Below are positions 25,719-35,157 of a stretch of 42,109 nt of DNA, piece after piece. The stretch comes from an uncultured Elusimicrobium sp. Its GTDB lineage: Bacteria; Elusimicrobiota; Elusimicrobia; Elusimicrobiales; Elusimicrobiaceae. The notes under the pieces were generated by a model. It was not told where the DNA came from, ran no database searches, and saw nothing but the letters and a program-made list of their open reading frames with translations. The position numbers and the translations under genes were made by a program. The DNA is taken from NCBI GenBank assembly GCA_902781765.1, contig CACZKQ010000010.1, positions 1 through 42,109 on the forward strand. Reading direction: 5' to 3'. How positions within the stretch are numbered: position 1 is the first letter of the stretch; the number at the start of each line of letters is the position of its first letter.

Positions 25719-26503
25719 TAATTGCCGCAATTTTGCTTATTTTGGGGATCGTTTATGTTGGGTGGAGATATCCGGCTCTTAGAAGAACCTGGTATTGGCC
25801 ACCGCGGCGCGGTTTGGTAGTGTTGATGTATCATCATGTTGCGTTATTAACAAATCCTGCAGATGAGCAATATCCGTTTACCGTTTCCCCGGAACTATTT
25901 GAAAAGCACCTATTATTTTTAAAACAGAAGGGTTATACAACAATTAGTGAAGCGGATATTTTGCGCGCACGGCAACTGGGAACAAGCCCCATTCAAAAAC
26001 CGGTTTTGCTTACCTTTGACGACGGACATGCCGATAATTACACAAATCTTTTTCCGCTGTTGAAAAAATATCAAGTTCCGGCACTCATTTTCTTAATTAC
26101 AGACCAAATTGGAACCCCGGGTTATCTTACCCCGGAGCAAATTCAAGAAATGCAACAAAGCGGTTTAGTGCGCTTTGGCTCGCACACGTGTTCACACCGT
26201 CGGTTGCGTAGTTTATCTAATCAAGAAATTGAACAAGAAGTACAGGAAAGTAAAAAAATTTTGGAAGAAAAACTCGGTACGTCCGTATCTAGTTTTTGCT
26301 ATCCGTTTGGCGCGGGCGGTTTTGATAAACGGGTCCGCCCTCTTGTATTAAAAGCCGGTTATGTGTTAGATTTCAGTACCAAAAAAGGTATCAATCCCTG
26401 GCCTTGGAAGGGAAAATCCGCGCTACTACGTGCTTTTCCCAGAGGGGGAGAAAGCTTGTGGGAATATCACTTGCAACTTACCCGTGGCCGGAGCCGGTTA
26501 TAA
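25715..26503 (+). CDS. Polysaccharide deacetylase (CE4)
   Basis: LMYHH, LTFDDG, GSHTCSH, FCYPFG. Confidence 0.9.
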   Translation: MIIAAILLILGIVYVGWRYPALRRTWYWPPRRGLVVLMYHHVALLTNPADEQYPFTVSPELFEKHLLFLKQKGYTTISEADILRARQLGTSPIQKPVLLTFDDGHADNYTNLFPLLKKYQVPALIFLITDQIGTPGYLTPEQIQEMQQSGLVRFGSHTCSHRRLRSLSNQEIEQEVQESKKILEEKLGTSVSSFCYPFGAGGFDKRVRPLVLKAGYVLDFSTKKGINPWPWKGKSALLRAFPRGGESLWEYHLQLTRGRSRL

Positions 26504-26514
26504 TTTCCTATAAT

Positions 26515-27396
26515 ATGAGCATGAATCAAAGACCAGATGTAATTGTGGCTAAATGTGCCGGGTTTTGCCCTGGAGTGAAACGTGCTATTGACCGCGTGTT
26601 AGAACTGGAATCTGCCGGTAAAACCCCGGTGTATACCATTGGACCTCTTATTCACAATAAACAAGTAACCGATATGTTGGCGGCCAAACAAATTACCGCT
26701 ATAGACTGTCCGGCACAAGCGGTTGATAAATCGGGGATACTGGTAATCCGCGCCCATGGAATTACGCCGCAGTTTCAAGCCGAAGTACAATCGAGCGGTA
26801 TGGAAGTAGTAGATGCTACTTGTCCGCTGGTCAAGCATGCCCAAAACATTATTGAGAAATTTGCGAACGAAGGTTATCATACCGTCATTGTGGGAGATGG
26901 TGACCACGCGGAAGTAATTGGTTTGCTGGGATATACCCACGGGAAAGGAGTGGTTGTTTCCGGGCCGGAGGAGGCCGCAAAGTTGCCTCATTTTGATAAA
27001 GTAAATGTTGTGTCGCAAACAACACAAAAAGAGAGTGTTTTTTACGAAACGGCAAAGGAAGTTAAAAAACATGCGGACGTGTGCCAAGTTTCTAATACCA
27101 TTTGCCAACCGACTAAAGACCGTCAAAAAGAAACCATTGAACAGGCCCGTAATGCAGATTTAGTAATTGTGGTTGGCGGAAAACATAGTGCGAATACAAC
27201 CCGGTTAGCCCTTTTGTGTAAGGGGCTTGCTCCGGCAGTTCAACATGTTGAAACCGAAACGGAATTAGAGGCCCCCCTGGTCAAGCAGGCCCGGTATATT
27301 TTTATTACTGCAGGTGCTTCCACGCCGGATTGGGTAATTGCCCGGGTAGCTCAGCGCGTACGGGAAATACGAAAAGGAGAAAAAAATGGCCATTAA
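26515..27396 (+). CDS. ispH: 4-hydroxy-3-methylbut-2-enyl diphosphate reductase
   Basis: AGFCPGV, IHN, RAHG, DATCP, SQTT, NTIC, SANT, TAGASTP; start moved to ATG 26515. Confidence 0.95.
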   Translation: MSMNQRPDVIVAKCAGFCPGVKRAIDRVLELESAGKTPVYTIGPLIHNKQVTDMLAAKQITAIDCPAQAVDKSGILVIRAHGITPQFQAEVQSSGMEVVDATCPLVKHAQNIIEKFANEGYHTVIVGDGDHAEVIGLLGYTHGKGVVVSGPEEAAKLPHFDKVNVVSQTTQKESVFYETAKEVKKHADVCQVSNTICQPTKDRQKETIEQARNADLVIVVGGKHSANTTRLALLCKGLAPAVQHVETETELEAPLVKQARYIFITAGASTPDWVIARVAQRVREIRKGEKNGH

Positions 27397-28486
27397 AAAA
27401 ATAGGAATTTTAACTGCCGGAGGGGATTGCCCCGGTTTAAATGCGGTTGTGCGCGCCGTTAGCAAGAACGCACTTTCACATGGAATAGAAGTACTTGGTT
27501 TTAAAAATGGTTTTGACGGCCTCGTGCGTAATGAATTTATTCACATTACGCCGCAAACGGTATCTGGGATTTTAACACTGGGCGGAACGATTTTAGGTTC
27601 CAGCAATATTGCTAACCCCTTTAAATATACACTTCCGCCGTTTGGTACGCCGGAAAATCCGCGTAATATGTCTAGCGTAGCATTACATAATTTTAAAGAG
27701 AACGGCTTAGATGCCTTAATCACAATCGGCGGAGATGGTACTTTGCATATGTCGCAACAATTTGTGGAGCTGGGGATGCCGATTGTGGCTGTTCCAAAAA
27801 CGATTGATAATGATTTGTCCGCTACTGACCAAACTTTCGGTTTTGATTCGGCCCTGGCTATTGCCACAGAGGCAATTGACCGCTTACATACCACCGCACA
27901 AAGTCACCACCGGGTGATGATTGTGGAAACGATGGGCCGGTATGCCGGGTGGATTGCGCTTCGCTCGGCGATTGCCGGAGGTGGGGATATTGTTCTTATT
28001 CCGGAAATTCCGTATAACGACGACGTTATTGTTAACTATATTTTGAACCGCAAAAGCAAAGGTAAAACCTTTAGTATTGTTGTCGCGGCCGAAGGTGCTA
28101 AAAATGAACAGGGCGAACAAGCCGTCGCTCGTACCGTGGCCGGGAGTACGGACGCAATCCGCTTAGGGGGGATTGCCAATAAACTAAGTGATATGATTGA
28201 AAGTAAGACGGGCATTGAATCGCGTGCGTGTGTTTTGGGGCATACCCAGCGTGGCGGTACACCTACGGCTTTTGACCGCTGGCTTTCTACCCTTTACGGA
28301 GCTAAAGCACTGGATTTAGTGCTAGAAGGCAAATTTGGTTATATGGCTTCTTTTCGCCAATTTAAGATGACAGAAGTAACTATTGCAGATGCTATTGCCA
28401 AGTTAAAACGGGTGGATCCTAACGGCGAAGAAGTAAAAAGTGCGCTAGAGGTAGGAATGAGTTTCGGTTCGGCGCAAATTGGGTAA
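27386..28486 (+). CDS. pfkA: 6-phosphofructokinase (PfkA family)
   Basis: GGDCPGLN, GGTILG, GGDGT, PKTIDND, MGR, GHTQRGG. Confidence 0.93.
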   Translation: MAIKKIGILTAGGDCPGLNAVVRAVSKNALSHGIEVLGFKNGFDGLVRNEFIHITPQTVSGILTLGGTILGSSNIANPFKYTLPPFGTPENPRNMSSVALHNFKENGLDALITIGGDGTLHMSQQFVELGMPIVAVPKTIDNDLSATDQTFGFDSALAIATEAIDRLHTTAQSHHRVMIVETMGRYAGWIALRSAIAGGGDIVLIPEIPYNDDVIVNYILNRKSKGKTFSIVVAAEGAKNEQGEQAVARTVAGSTDAIRLGGIANKLSDMIESKTGIESRACVLGHTQRGGTPTAFDRWLSTLYGAKALDLVLEGKFGYMASFRQFKMTEVTIADAIAKLKRVDPNGEEVKSALEVGMSFGSAQIG

Positions 28487-28495
28487 GGAGAGTTT

Positions 28496-29245
28496 ATGAG
28501 TGAAAATCTAGATATGATTTATGGCATTCATTCGGTACAAGAAGCCCTTCGCAGTAAGAAACGTAATGTTACGCAATTATTTGTTTCTGACAGCAAAGCC
28601 GGACACCGCGCCGTTGAGGAAATTATCCGTCTGGCTAAGCGCGCGAACGTGAAGATTGACCGCATTGACAATAAAACATTAGACCGTTTAACACGTAATG
28701 CAAATCACCAAGGGGTGATGGCAAAAATTCAGCCGGTCAAACTGATGAAACTTTCTAACGCTATTTACGAGGCTGATGGACGTAAAAATGAACTATGGCT
28801 TGCCGTAGATGAAATGACGGATCCTCAAAATTTAGGAGCTATTATTCGTAGCGCGGCCTGTTTAGGATTTTCCACTATTATTTTACCGCAACGCCGGACG
28901 GTAGGAATTACACCGGCCGTTTATAAAGTGGCATGCGGTGCCATTGAAAACATCAACCTGGTGGAAGTGGCTAATTTGTCGGCGGCCCTCAACGATTTAA
29001 AAGAAGAAGGTTTTTGGATTTATGGTGCCGATATGGCCGGGAAACCGATTACTAAAATGGACTATGCTTCCCCGGCAGTACTTGTGATTGGTTCCGAAGG
29101 TTTTGGTATTCGCGAAAAGACGGCCGAAAATTGTGATGAGGTTATTTCTATTCCTCAAAAACAAAACGGCATTGATAGTTTAAATGCGTCTGCAGCGGCG
29201 AGTATCATTATGTATGATATGGCCGCCAAAATCCTTTGGAAATAG
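28496..29245 (+). CDS. rlmB: 23S rRNA (guanosine-2'-O)-methyltransferase, TrmH/SpoU family
   Basis: YGIHSV, HQGV, DPQNLGAIIRSA, IGSEG, SLNAS. Confidence 0.88.
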   Translation: MSENLDMIYGIHSVQEALRSKKRNVTQLFVSDSKAGHRAVEEIIRLAKRANVKIDRIDNKTLDRLTRNANHQGVMAKIQPVKLMKLSNAIYEADGRKNELWLAVDEMTDPQNLGAIIRSAACLGFSTIILPQRRTVGITPAVYKVACGAIENINLVEVANLSAALNDLKEEGFWIYGADMAGKPITKMDYASPAVLVIGSEGFGIREKTAENCDEVISIPQKQNGIDSLNASAAASIIMYDMAAKILWK

Positions 29246-29281
29246 AAATAAACGGCTGATGTTAAGTTTCGTAAATCGCAG

Positions 29282-29310
29282 AAAAACGGCAATTTGATAT
29301 TGCCGTTTTT
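29282..29310. terminator. Bidirectional intrinsic terminator
   Basis: AAAAACGGCAAT/ATTGCCGTTTTT between convergent genes. Confidence 0.85.
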
Positions 29311-29328
29311 CTTGCTACAAAGGGCCAA

Positions 29329-29895
29329 CTATTTCGCCAATTGTTTCCAAGCCGCTTTTTCTTCTTTAAATGCTTTGTTGGCATCTTTAGTGGCTTGTTT
29401 TACTTCCGCTTTTTTGGCTTTAACGTCCGCTTTAGCGGCTTTGGCGTTCGCTTTCGCGTCGGCTTTGGCTTGTTTTAAAGCTGCTTTTTGAGCATCAGCT
29501 TGTGCTTTAGCTTCTGCTTTTTTGGCTTTTGCGTCGGCCTTGGCTTGTTTTGCTTTGGCTTTTGCGTCTGCTTTAGCTTGGGCAGCTTGTTCTTTGGCCT
29601 GAGCTTTTTGGGCTTTGGCTGCAGCTTTAGCGTCGGCTTTGGCTTGGGCTACTTTAGCTTTTGCTTCATCAGAAGCAGAGGTGTCTTTAGAAGCTTTTTT
29701 AGCGGCTTTCGCTTTAGAGGTAGCATTGGCTTTTTTAGATTCAATGTTTTTGCGTAAGGCACTGATTTTAGATAACGTGCAGTTATTTACGCACGTAACA
29801 TCCATAGCGGTACAACCGCAATCTTCGGCAGCATTTGCTAAGGCAGGTATGGCAACTAAACCCAAAGCAAATACAAATGCAATTATTTTTTTCAT
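29329..29895 (-). CDS. Exported Ala/Lys-rich repeat protein with a 4-Cys N-terminal motif
   Basis: Signal peptide, CGC..C...C, repeated QAKADAKA units, AAGGAG RBS. Confidence 0.8.
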   Translation of the reverse strand: MKKIIAFVFALGLVAIPALANAAEDCGCTAMDVTCVNNCTLSKISALRKNIESKKANATSKAKAAKKASKDTSASDEAKAKVAQAKADAKAAAKAQKAQAKEQAAQAKADAKAKAKQAKADAKAKKAEAKAQADAQKAALKQAKADAKANAKAAKADVKAKKAEVKQATKDANKAFKEEKAAWKQLAK

Positions 29896-30020
29896 TTGTT
29901 TTCTCCTTTAAATTAAAACAACTTACCCCATTATTTTACTATATTTAGCGGAAAAACTACTTCAAAAAATTTCATATCGTTTGTTCTGCGGGTTCGTTGC
30001 TTTTTTAGTAAAATATAATT

Positions 30021-31088
30021 ATGGAACAGACACTTATTCCGGCCACTGCTTGGTGGGTCAATGTGCTACTAGGTATTATCGGGCTTAACTTACTGGTATG
30101 GCCGTTTCTATCGCGTTGGGTAGAAAGTCACTTGGAAATTTTTTTGCTCATCATTGGTGCTGCGGCAGTTACAGTCAGCGGCGGCTGGAGCGTGGATTTT
30201 ATCTATCAAACCTTGCAATATCCGGTCAATGTGGCATTTATTGTGCTTGTAGTAAGTTTAATTTTTAATAATTATTCGCGCTATATTTTCCGTATTTTAT
30301 TTGCATTTTTTAAAGAGTTAGAACCGCGTTATAGTTTTGCGATTCTTATTTTTCTTTTAGGGATGACTTCTTCGTTGGTCAGCGTGACGGTGGCTGCCTT
30401 GGTATTGGCGGAGGTATTAAAAGTAGTCAACTTGGAAAAAGAAGCAACACTGCGAATTACGGTGTTTGCTTGTTATGCCATCGGATTAGGAGCGGTGCTT
30501 TCCCCATTAGCTGAACCTATGGGGCTGGTGATTAACAGTGCACTTGCTGGGCCGCCTCATTACGCTGATTTCTTCTTCTTACTTCGCAATTTCTTTTGGT
30601 GGATTACTCCGGCCATTGTTTTGTTGGCGGTTGCGGCCGGGTATACGGCGCGTAATGCCGGTTCTACCGTCCAGATGCAAATTCAGGAAGACAAGGAAAC
30701 ATACGCTTCCATGATGCGCCGTACCTGGCACATTTATCTGTTTGTGGCGGCATTAAATTTGATTAGTACGGGCCTTAGACCGCTTGCCCAAAGTACGATT
30801 ACGCATTTAAGCGGAAAAATCTTATTCTTTGCCAATGCCGTTTCTGTGATTATTGACAATGCTACGTTAGCCGCAATAGAAATTGTTCCTACTATTTCAC
30901 ACCGAAATCTAATCTACATGGTGATTGGGCTGGCTGCTTTTGGAAGTATGCTTGTGCAGGGAAATTTGCCCAATATTGTAGCTGCCGAAAAACTGGGTAT
31001 CAAAAGCCGCGAATGGGCGCGTATTGCTGTGCCAACGGGGTTGGTACTCATGCTAGGATATTTTATCGTTTTGGCTATCTTGTTATAG
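30021..31088 (+). CDS. DUF1646-like multi-pass membrane protein (putative ion transporter)
   Basis: HLEIFL, GLGAVLSPLAEP, DNATLAAIEI, GNLPNI..A..LGIKSREWA. Confidence 0.75.
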   Translation: MEQTLIPATAWWVNVLLGIIGLNLLVWPFLSRWVESHLEIFLLIIGAAAVTVSGGWSVDFIYQTLQYPVNVAFIVLVVSLIFNNYSRYIFRILFAFFKELEPRYSFAILIFLLGMTSSLVSVTVAALVLAEVLKVVNLEKEATLRITVFACYAIGLGAVLSPLAEPMGLVINSALAGPPHYADFFFLLRNFFWWITPAIVLLAVAAGYTARNAGSTVQMQIQEDKETYASMMRRTWHIYLFVAALNLISTGLRPLAQSTITHLSGKILFFANAVSVIIDNATLAAIEIVPTISHRNLIYMVIGLAAFGSMLVQGNLPNIVAAEKLGIKSREWARIAVPTGLVLMLGYFIVLAILL

Positions 31089-31123
31089 GGCAAAAGGCCT
31101 GGGAATTACTAGGTCTTTTGCCC
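31088..31123 (+). terminator. Probable terminator hairpin
   Basis: GGGCAAAAGGCCT / AGGTCTTTTGCCC stem directly after the stop codon. Confidence 0.6.
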
Positions 31124-31153
31124 CTTGCGTTTTTGTAAACGAGTTTCTAAAAT

Positions 31154-31509
31154 ATGGGTATGAAACGGATTTGTTTATTGAGTATTGTTTTATGCCCTAT
31201 TTTTTTGCATGCCCAGGGCATACAAACCTTGATGCGTGATAGTAAGTCCTTGATTCGGTTGCCCAACGGGCCAGCACGCGTCGTTCAAGGCAAAATACTA
31301 CCTAATTTAGAACGGCATATTTACCACGAAGTGGCCCTGGATCGCGCGGTACGTTGTGGTCTGGCGGCGAGTTGTATGTGTTTAGGAATAGTAATGAACT
31401 TCTTAAACAAATGACTGAAGGCGATTTTAAGCCGGATTGGCAAGAGCGGTTAAATACGGTTGTTAAAAATTATTTCTATTATAAAAATTCAAAACATTGG
31501 AAGCGTTAG
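31154..31509 (+). pseudogene. Internally deleted, frameshifted paralogue of the downstream receiver-domain gene
   Basis: N-part RVVQGKILP matches KVVQGRIVP; a second frame from 31351 reads GGELYVFRNSNELLKQ..KPDWQERLNTVVKNYFYYKNSKHWKR*, matching two separated parts of 31515-32627. Confidence 0.75.
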
Positions 31510-31514
31510 TGTAT

Positions 31515-32627
31515 ATGAAAAGTATACATTTAGTCAAAAACATAATTGGCTGTTTCTTAGTAATGCTGATGGGAAACGGTGTCATGTGGGCACAAGTTCC
31601 TGAAGTATTAAAAACTGCTGAACAATGTTCTGTAAATGGGGTAAAGGTAGTACAAGGGAGGATTGTGCCGGCTGTATCGCGGTCAAATGCGGCGGCGGCC
31701 AATCAAACCGCTCGGTTACGTTTGCTTCTGGAACGGAAAATACGGGAGGAAACCCTTACACACTTGCCCTACGTAAAAACGACGGTTTCTTCGGTGGGGA
31801 CAAGCACAGGTTTTTTATTGTATCGAAAAACATTACAAGATTTTGAAGCATTGCGTAAGCAATTAAATCCGTTACTTTTTTATCAAAGCAATCCACAAGA
31901 ACGCAGAGTTCTCTCTCCGGTAGAAAAGAGGTATTTATTGGAACAAATTGATGTGGTCAAAAAAGACTTAGTACACGTATATAATTATGTGGAGCCAACG
32001 GAACCGGCACTTACGACCGTACAAGAATATGTGGACGAATCGTTGCGTCTATTAATCCCGGAGATTGCCAGACTCCCTTTAACAAAACCCTTGCCGCGTC
32101 AAGACCGTGATTTTAATATCGCAGAGTTCTTTTTGCACGATCCGGAATTACACTTTTGGCAAAAATTTTCCTGGCAAAATTTATCTACCTCTTCGCTAAA
32201 ATCCATTCATGTGGCGATTATCAATGATGATTCAGCCATTCGCTATGCGTTATGGCATGCACATGAAAACAAGAATTTCCTTCCTGAAGGCCAACTGAAA
32301 GTGTATGAGAACGGTGAAGATTTGATAAAAGACATTGAGCGCAACGGAAAATTCCCTCATGTGGTATTGACGGATCTTTCCTTAGCTTATTCCAGTGGTT
32401 ATTTAGTGGCGGAAGAATTGCGCTCTCATGGATACAAGGGGCCCATTATAGGCTTTTCTGCCTTCATGGAACATGAAGACATTGGGCGCGAAATGTTTGA
32501 TTATGGATTAGACGGTTTAATTTCAGTTTCTAAAGTATTTTACAAAGTGCCTTTTTGGTATCATCGGGTACACAGAAAACTTGCCAATTATTTTTATTAT
32601 CAACAACTTCATGGATGGAAGCGTTAG
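31515..32627 (+). CDS. Protein with signal-like N-terminus and C-terminal response-regulator receiver domain
   Basis: VAIINDD, VVLTDLSL...SG, PIIGFSA; start moved to ATG 31515. Confidence 0.7.
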   Translation: MKSIHLVKNIIGCFLVMLMGNGVMWAQVPEVLKTAEQCSVNGVKVVQGRIVPAVSRSNAAAANQTARLRLLLERKIREETLTHLPYVKTTVSSVGTSTGFLLYRKTLQDFEALRKQLNPLLFYQSNPQERRVLSPVEKRYLLEQIDVVKKDLVHVYNYVEPTEPALTTVQEYVDESLRLLIPEIARLPLTKPLPRQDRDFNIAEFFLHDPELHFWQKFSWQNLSTSSLKSIHVAIINDDSAIRYALWHAHENKNFLPEGQLKVYENGEDLIKDIERNGKFPHVVLTDLSLAYSSGYLVAEELRSHGYKGPIIGFSAFMEHEDIGREMFDYGLDGLISVSKVFYKVPFWYHRVHRKLANYFYYQQLHGWKR

Positions 32628-32652
32628 GTAGCGGATTGCCTGGGCTTGTTGC

Positions 32653-32681
32653 TTGACAGCGTTCGTCAGCAAAGATATAAT
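32653..32681 (+). promoter_or_regulatory. Consensus sigma70 promoter of the hydrogenase operon
   Basis: TTGACA-17 nt-TATAAT, perfect consensus. Confidence 0.85.
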
Positions 32682-32781
32682 TTTGAGAGAGAACTGTGCC
32701 GGTCTGTTGCGTTTGCAACGGGCGGTATGGGTCTTTTTCCAATTTTGGTTGTGCTTTTTACACCTTGTATAGGAGAAATGA

Positions 32782-33267
32782 ATGACTGACCGATTCAACC
32801 CAGCTGTACAAATCCTAAAGGATTACGGCTATGACAGTGCAAAACTGATCCCCATCTTGCAAAAAATACAAGATGCTTACCATTACTTACCGGAAGATGT
32901 AATGCGTTTTATTGCTAATGAACTGAAAATTTCGCCCGCCAAAGTATATGGCGTGGCGACTTTTTTTGCCCATTTTGCTACCACACCGAAAGGCAAACAC
33001 ATTATCAAGGTGTGTAACGGAACAGCTTGCCACGTGAAGGGTTCGTCTGCTATTATTAGTGCCGTAAAAGAAAAATTAAAACTTAAAGACGGACAAGAAA
33101 CGACTGCTGATGCACTTTTTACGTTGGAATGCGTATCTTGTTTAGGTGCTTGTGGATTGGCGCCGGTTATGGTGATTGACGATACGGTGCATGGTCAAAT
33201 GACGGCGGACAAAGCGGCTGCACTCATTGACGAAGTAGTAAAAGCGGAGGCTTCCCATGGCAACTAA
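32782..33267 (+). CDS. hydC: [FeFe]-hydrogenase NuoE-like 2Fe-2S subunit
   Basis: CNGTACHVKG, CLGACGLAP. Confidence 0.9.
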   Translation: MTDRFNPAVQILKDYGYDSAKLIPILQKIQDAYHYLPEDVMRFIANELKISPAKVYGVATFFAHFATTPKGKHIIKVCNGTACHVKGSSAIISAVKEKLKLKDGQETTADALFTLECVSCLGACGLAPVMVIDDTVHGQMTADKAAALIDEVVKAEASHGN

Positions 33268-35140
33268 AGATATTGTAAAAATTGCGGCAGATTTTAACAA
33301 AGCCTATCAAAATATTACTAAACGTATTGTCATTTGCGGCGGAACCGGTTGTATTGCCGGCGGTTCCTTAAAAGTATACGAAGCTTTCCAAAAAGAAATG
33401 GCCGCCCGCAACATTACCTGCAGTTTGAAAATCAGCGAAGGCTGCCGGGAAAATTATTTAAGCTTAAGCGGTTGCCGCGGATTTTGCGCGCAGGGGCCGC
33501 TGGTGAGCGTGGGAGATGTTTTCTATACAAAAGTTAAACCGGAAGACGTAGCTGAAATTATTGAAAAAACACTCTTAAAAGGCGAAGTCATTGACCGTTT
33601 GCTCTATCATAATCCGGCTAACAACCAAAAAGCAAAAACAGTAAATGATATCCCGTTTTATGCCAAGCAACAGCGCATTTTACTCGCCGATTGCGGACGC
33701 ATCAATCCGGAAGATATTAACGAATATATCGCGCACGGCGGTTACGCGCAAGCCAAACGCGCTTATACCGAAATGACGCCGGAACAAATTTGCAAAGAAA
33801 TGACTCAGTCCGGCCTGCGCGGACGCGGCGGCGCCGGGTTCCCCACCGGGAAAAAATGGGAATTTGCCCGTATTGAACCCGAAGGGAAAAAATACGTTAT
33901 CTGCAACGCTGACGAAGGCGACCCAGGTGCTTTCATGGACCGCTCGGTCATGGAAGGAAACCCCAACGCCGTGTTGGAAGGGATGATGATTGCGGCGCGC
34001 GCCATTGGCGCCGATGAAGGGTACGTCTACGTGCGTATGGAATATCCGCTCGCTATTGAACGTATCCGCAAAGCCATCGCGCAAGCCGAAGAAATCGGCA
34101 TTTTGGGCGAAAACATTTTTGGTTCCGGCCTTAATTTTAAAATCCACGTCATGGAAGGCGCCGGCGCGTTTGTGTGCGGCGAAGAAACCGCTTTAATCGC
34201 TTCTGTGGAGGGAAAACGCGGTATGCCGAAAGTCAAACCGCCGTTCCCGGCGCATAGCGGGCTTTTTGGTAAACCCACTGTCATTAACAACGTGGAAACG
34301 TTAGCCACCGTTGCTAAAGTGTTTGAAATGGGGGCTGATAAATTTAGCAAAATAGGTACTGCCGGAAGTGCCGGTACGAAAACTTTTGCCGTTACCGGAC
34401 ATATTGCCAATACCGGGCTTGTGGAAGTGCCGATGGGTACTACGCTTCGCCAAGTGATTAACGACGTGGCCGGCGGGACTACAGATTCGGATGGAACGGT
34501 GAGCCCGGATTCTTTTAAAGCCGCTCAAATCGGCGGACCTTCGGGCGGTTGTTTAACGCGCGACCATTTGGACGTTGGTTTAGATTATGAATCGTTAAAA
34601 GCAGCAGGAGCCATGGTAGGTTCCGGCGGGCTTGTCGTCATGAATAACAAAACGTGCATGGTGAATGTGGCCCGTTTCTTCTTGGAATTTACCAAACGCG
34701 AATCGTGCGGTAAATGCGTGCCGTGCCGCGAAGGTACAGATCAAATGCTTTCTATGTTAACCGATATTGTGGAAGGCCGCGGTACGTTGGAAACCTTGGA
34801 TAAATTAGAGGAATTAGCCAAAGCGATTCAAAAGAGTTCGCTGTGTGCGCTTGGTAAAACTGCGCCCAACCCGGTGCTTTCTACTTTAAAGCACTTCCGA
34901 GATGAATATTTGGCCCACGTGGTTGAAAAACGCTGCCCGGCGGGTGTATGTAGAGCCTTAGCCCGGTACGAAATTGACCCAGCCAAATGTAAAGGTTGCG
35001 GAATGTGTAAACGCGCTTGCCCGGTGCAAGCTATTAGCGGTGCCGTTGGTAAACCGCACCAAATTGACCCTAAGAAATGTATCAAATGTGGTGGTTGTAA
35101 AGCTACGTGCAAATTTGGTGCTGTTTCAGTCAAGGCATAA
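33257..35140 (+). CDS. hydB: [FeFe]-hydrogenase NuoF-like FMN/NADH subunit
   Basis: GRGGAGFP, NADEGDPG, GAGAFVCGEET, SCGKCVPCREG, C-terminal 2x[4Fe-4S]. Confidence 0.92.
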   Translation: MATKDIVKIAADFNKAYQNITKRIVICGGTGCIAGGSLKVYEAFQKEMAARNITCSLKISEGCRENYLSLSGCRGFCAQGPLVSVGDVFYTKVKPEDVAEIIEKTLLKGEVIDRLLYHNPANNQKAKTVNDIPFYAKQQRILLADCGRINPEDINEYIAHGGYAQAKRAYTEMTPEQICKEMTQSGLRGRGGAGFPTGKKWEFARIEPEGKKYVICNADEGDPGAFMDRSVMEGNPNAVLEGMMIAARAIGADEGYVYVRMEYPLAIERIRKAIAQAEEIGILGENIFGSGLNFKIHVMEGAGAFVCGEETALIASVEGKRGMPKVKPPFPAHSGLFGKPTVINNVETLATVAKVFEMGADKFSKIGTAGSAGTKTFAVTGHIANTGLVEVPMGTTLRQVINDVAGGTTDSDGTVSPDSFKAAQIGGPSGGCLTRDHLDVGLDYESLKAAGAMVGSGGLVVMNNKTCMVNVARFFLEFTKRESCGKCVPCREGTDQMLSMLTDIVEGRGTLETLDKLEELAKAIQKSSLCALGKTAPNPVLSTLKHFRDEYLAHVVEKRCPAGVCRALARYEIDPAKCKGCGMCKRACPVQAISGAVGKPHQIDPKKCIKCGGCKATCKFGAVSVKA

Positions 35141-35157
35141 CTACGGGAGAGCGTACT

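Noticed and set aside
29329-29760. Repeats as a CRISPR array or non-coding tandem repeat; plus-strand ORFs 29294, 29488, 29615
   Set aside because: The repeats are degenerate codon repeats of the minus-strand Ala/Lys protein, with no spacer structure or cas genes.
29925-29932. ACCCCATT as a fifth att core
   Set aside because: Only 7 of 8 nt match, neither conserved arm is present, and it lies in a host promoter region.
32749-32766. Rex operator upstream of hydC
   Set aside because: The GTG..CAC spacing is one base short of TTGTGAA-N4-TTCACAA and the right half matches poorly.
32782-35140. Respiratory complex I nuoEF
   Set aside because: The third gene has H-cluster motifs and no other nuo genes are adjacent, so these are hydrogenase subunits.
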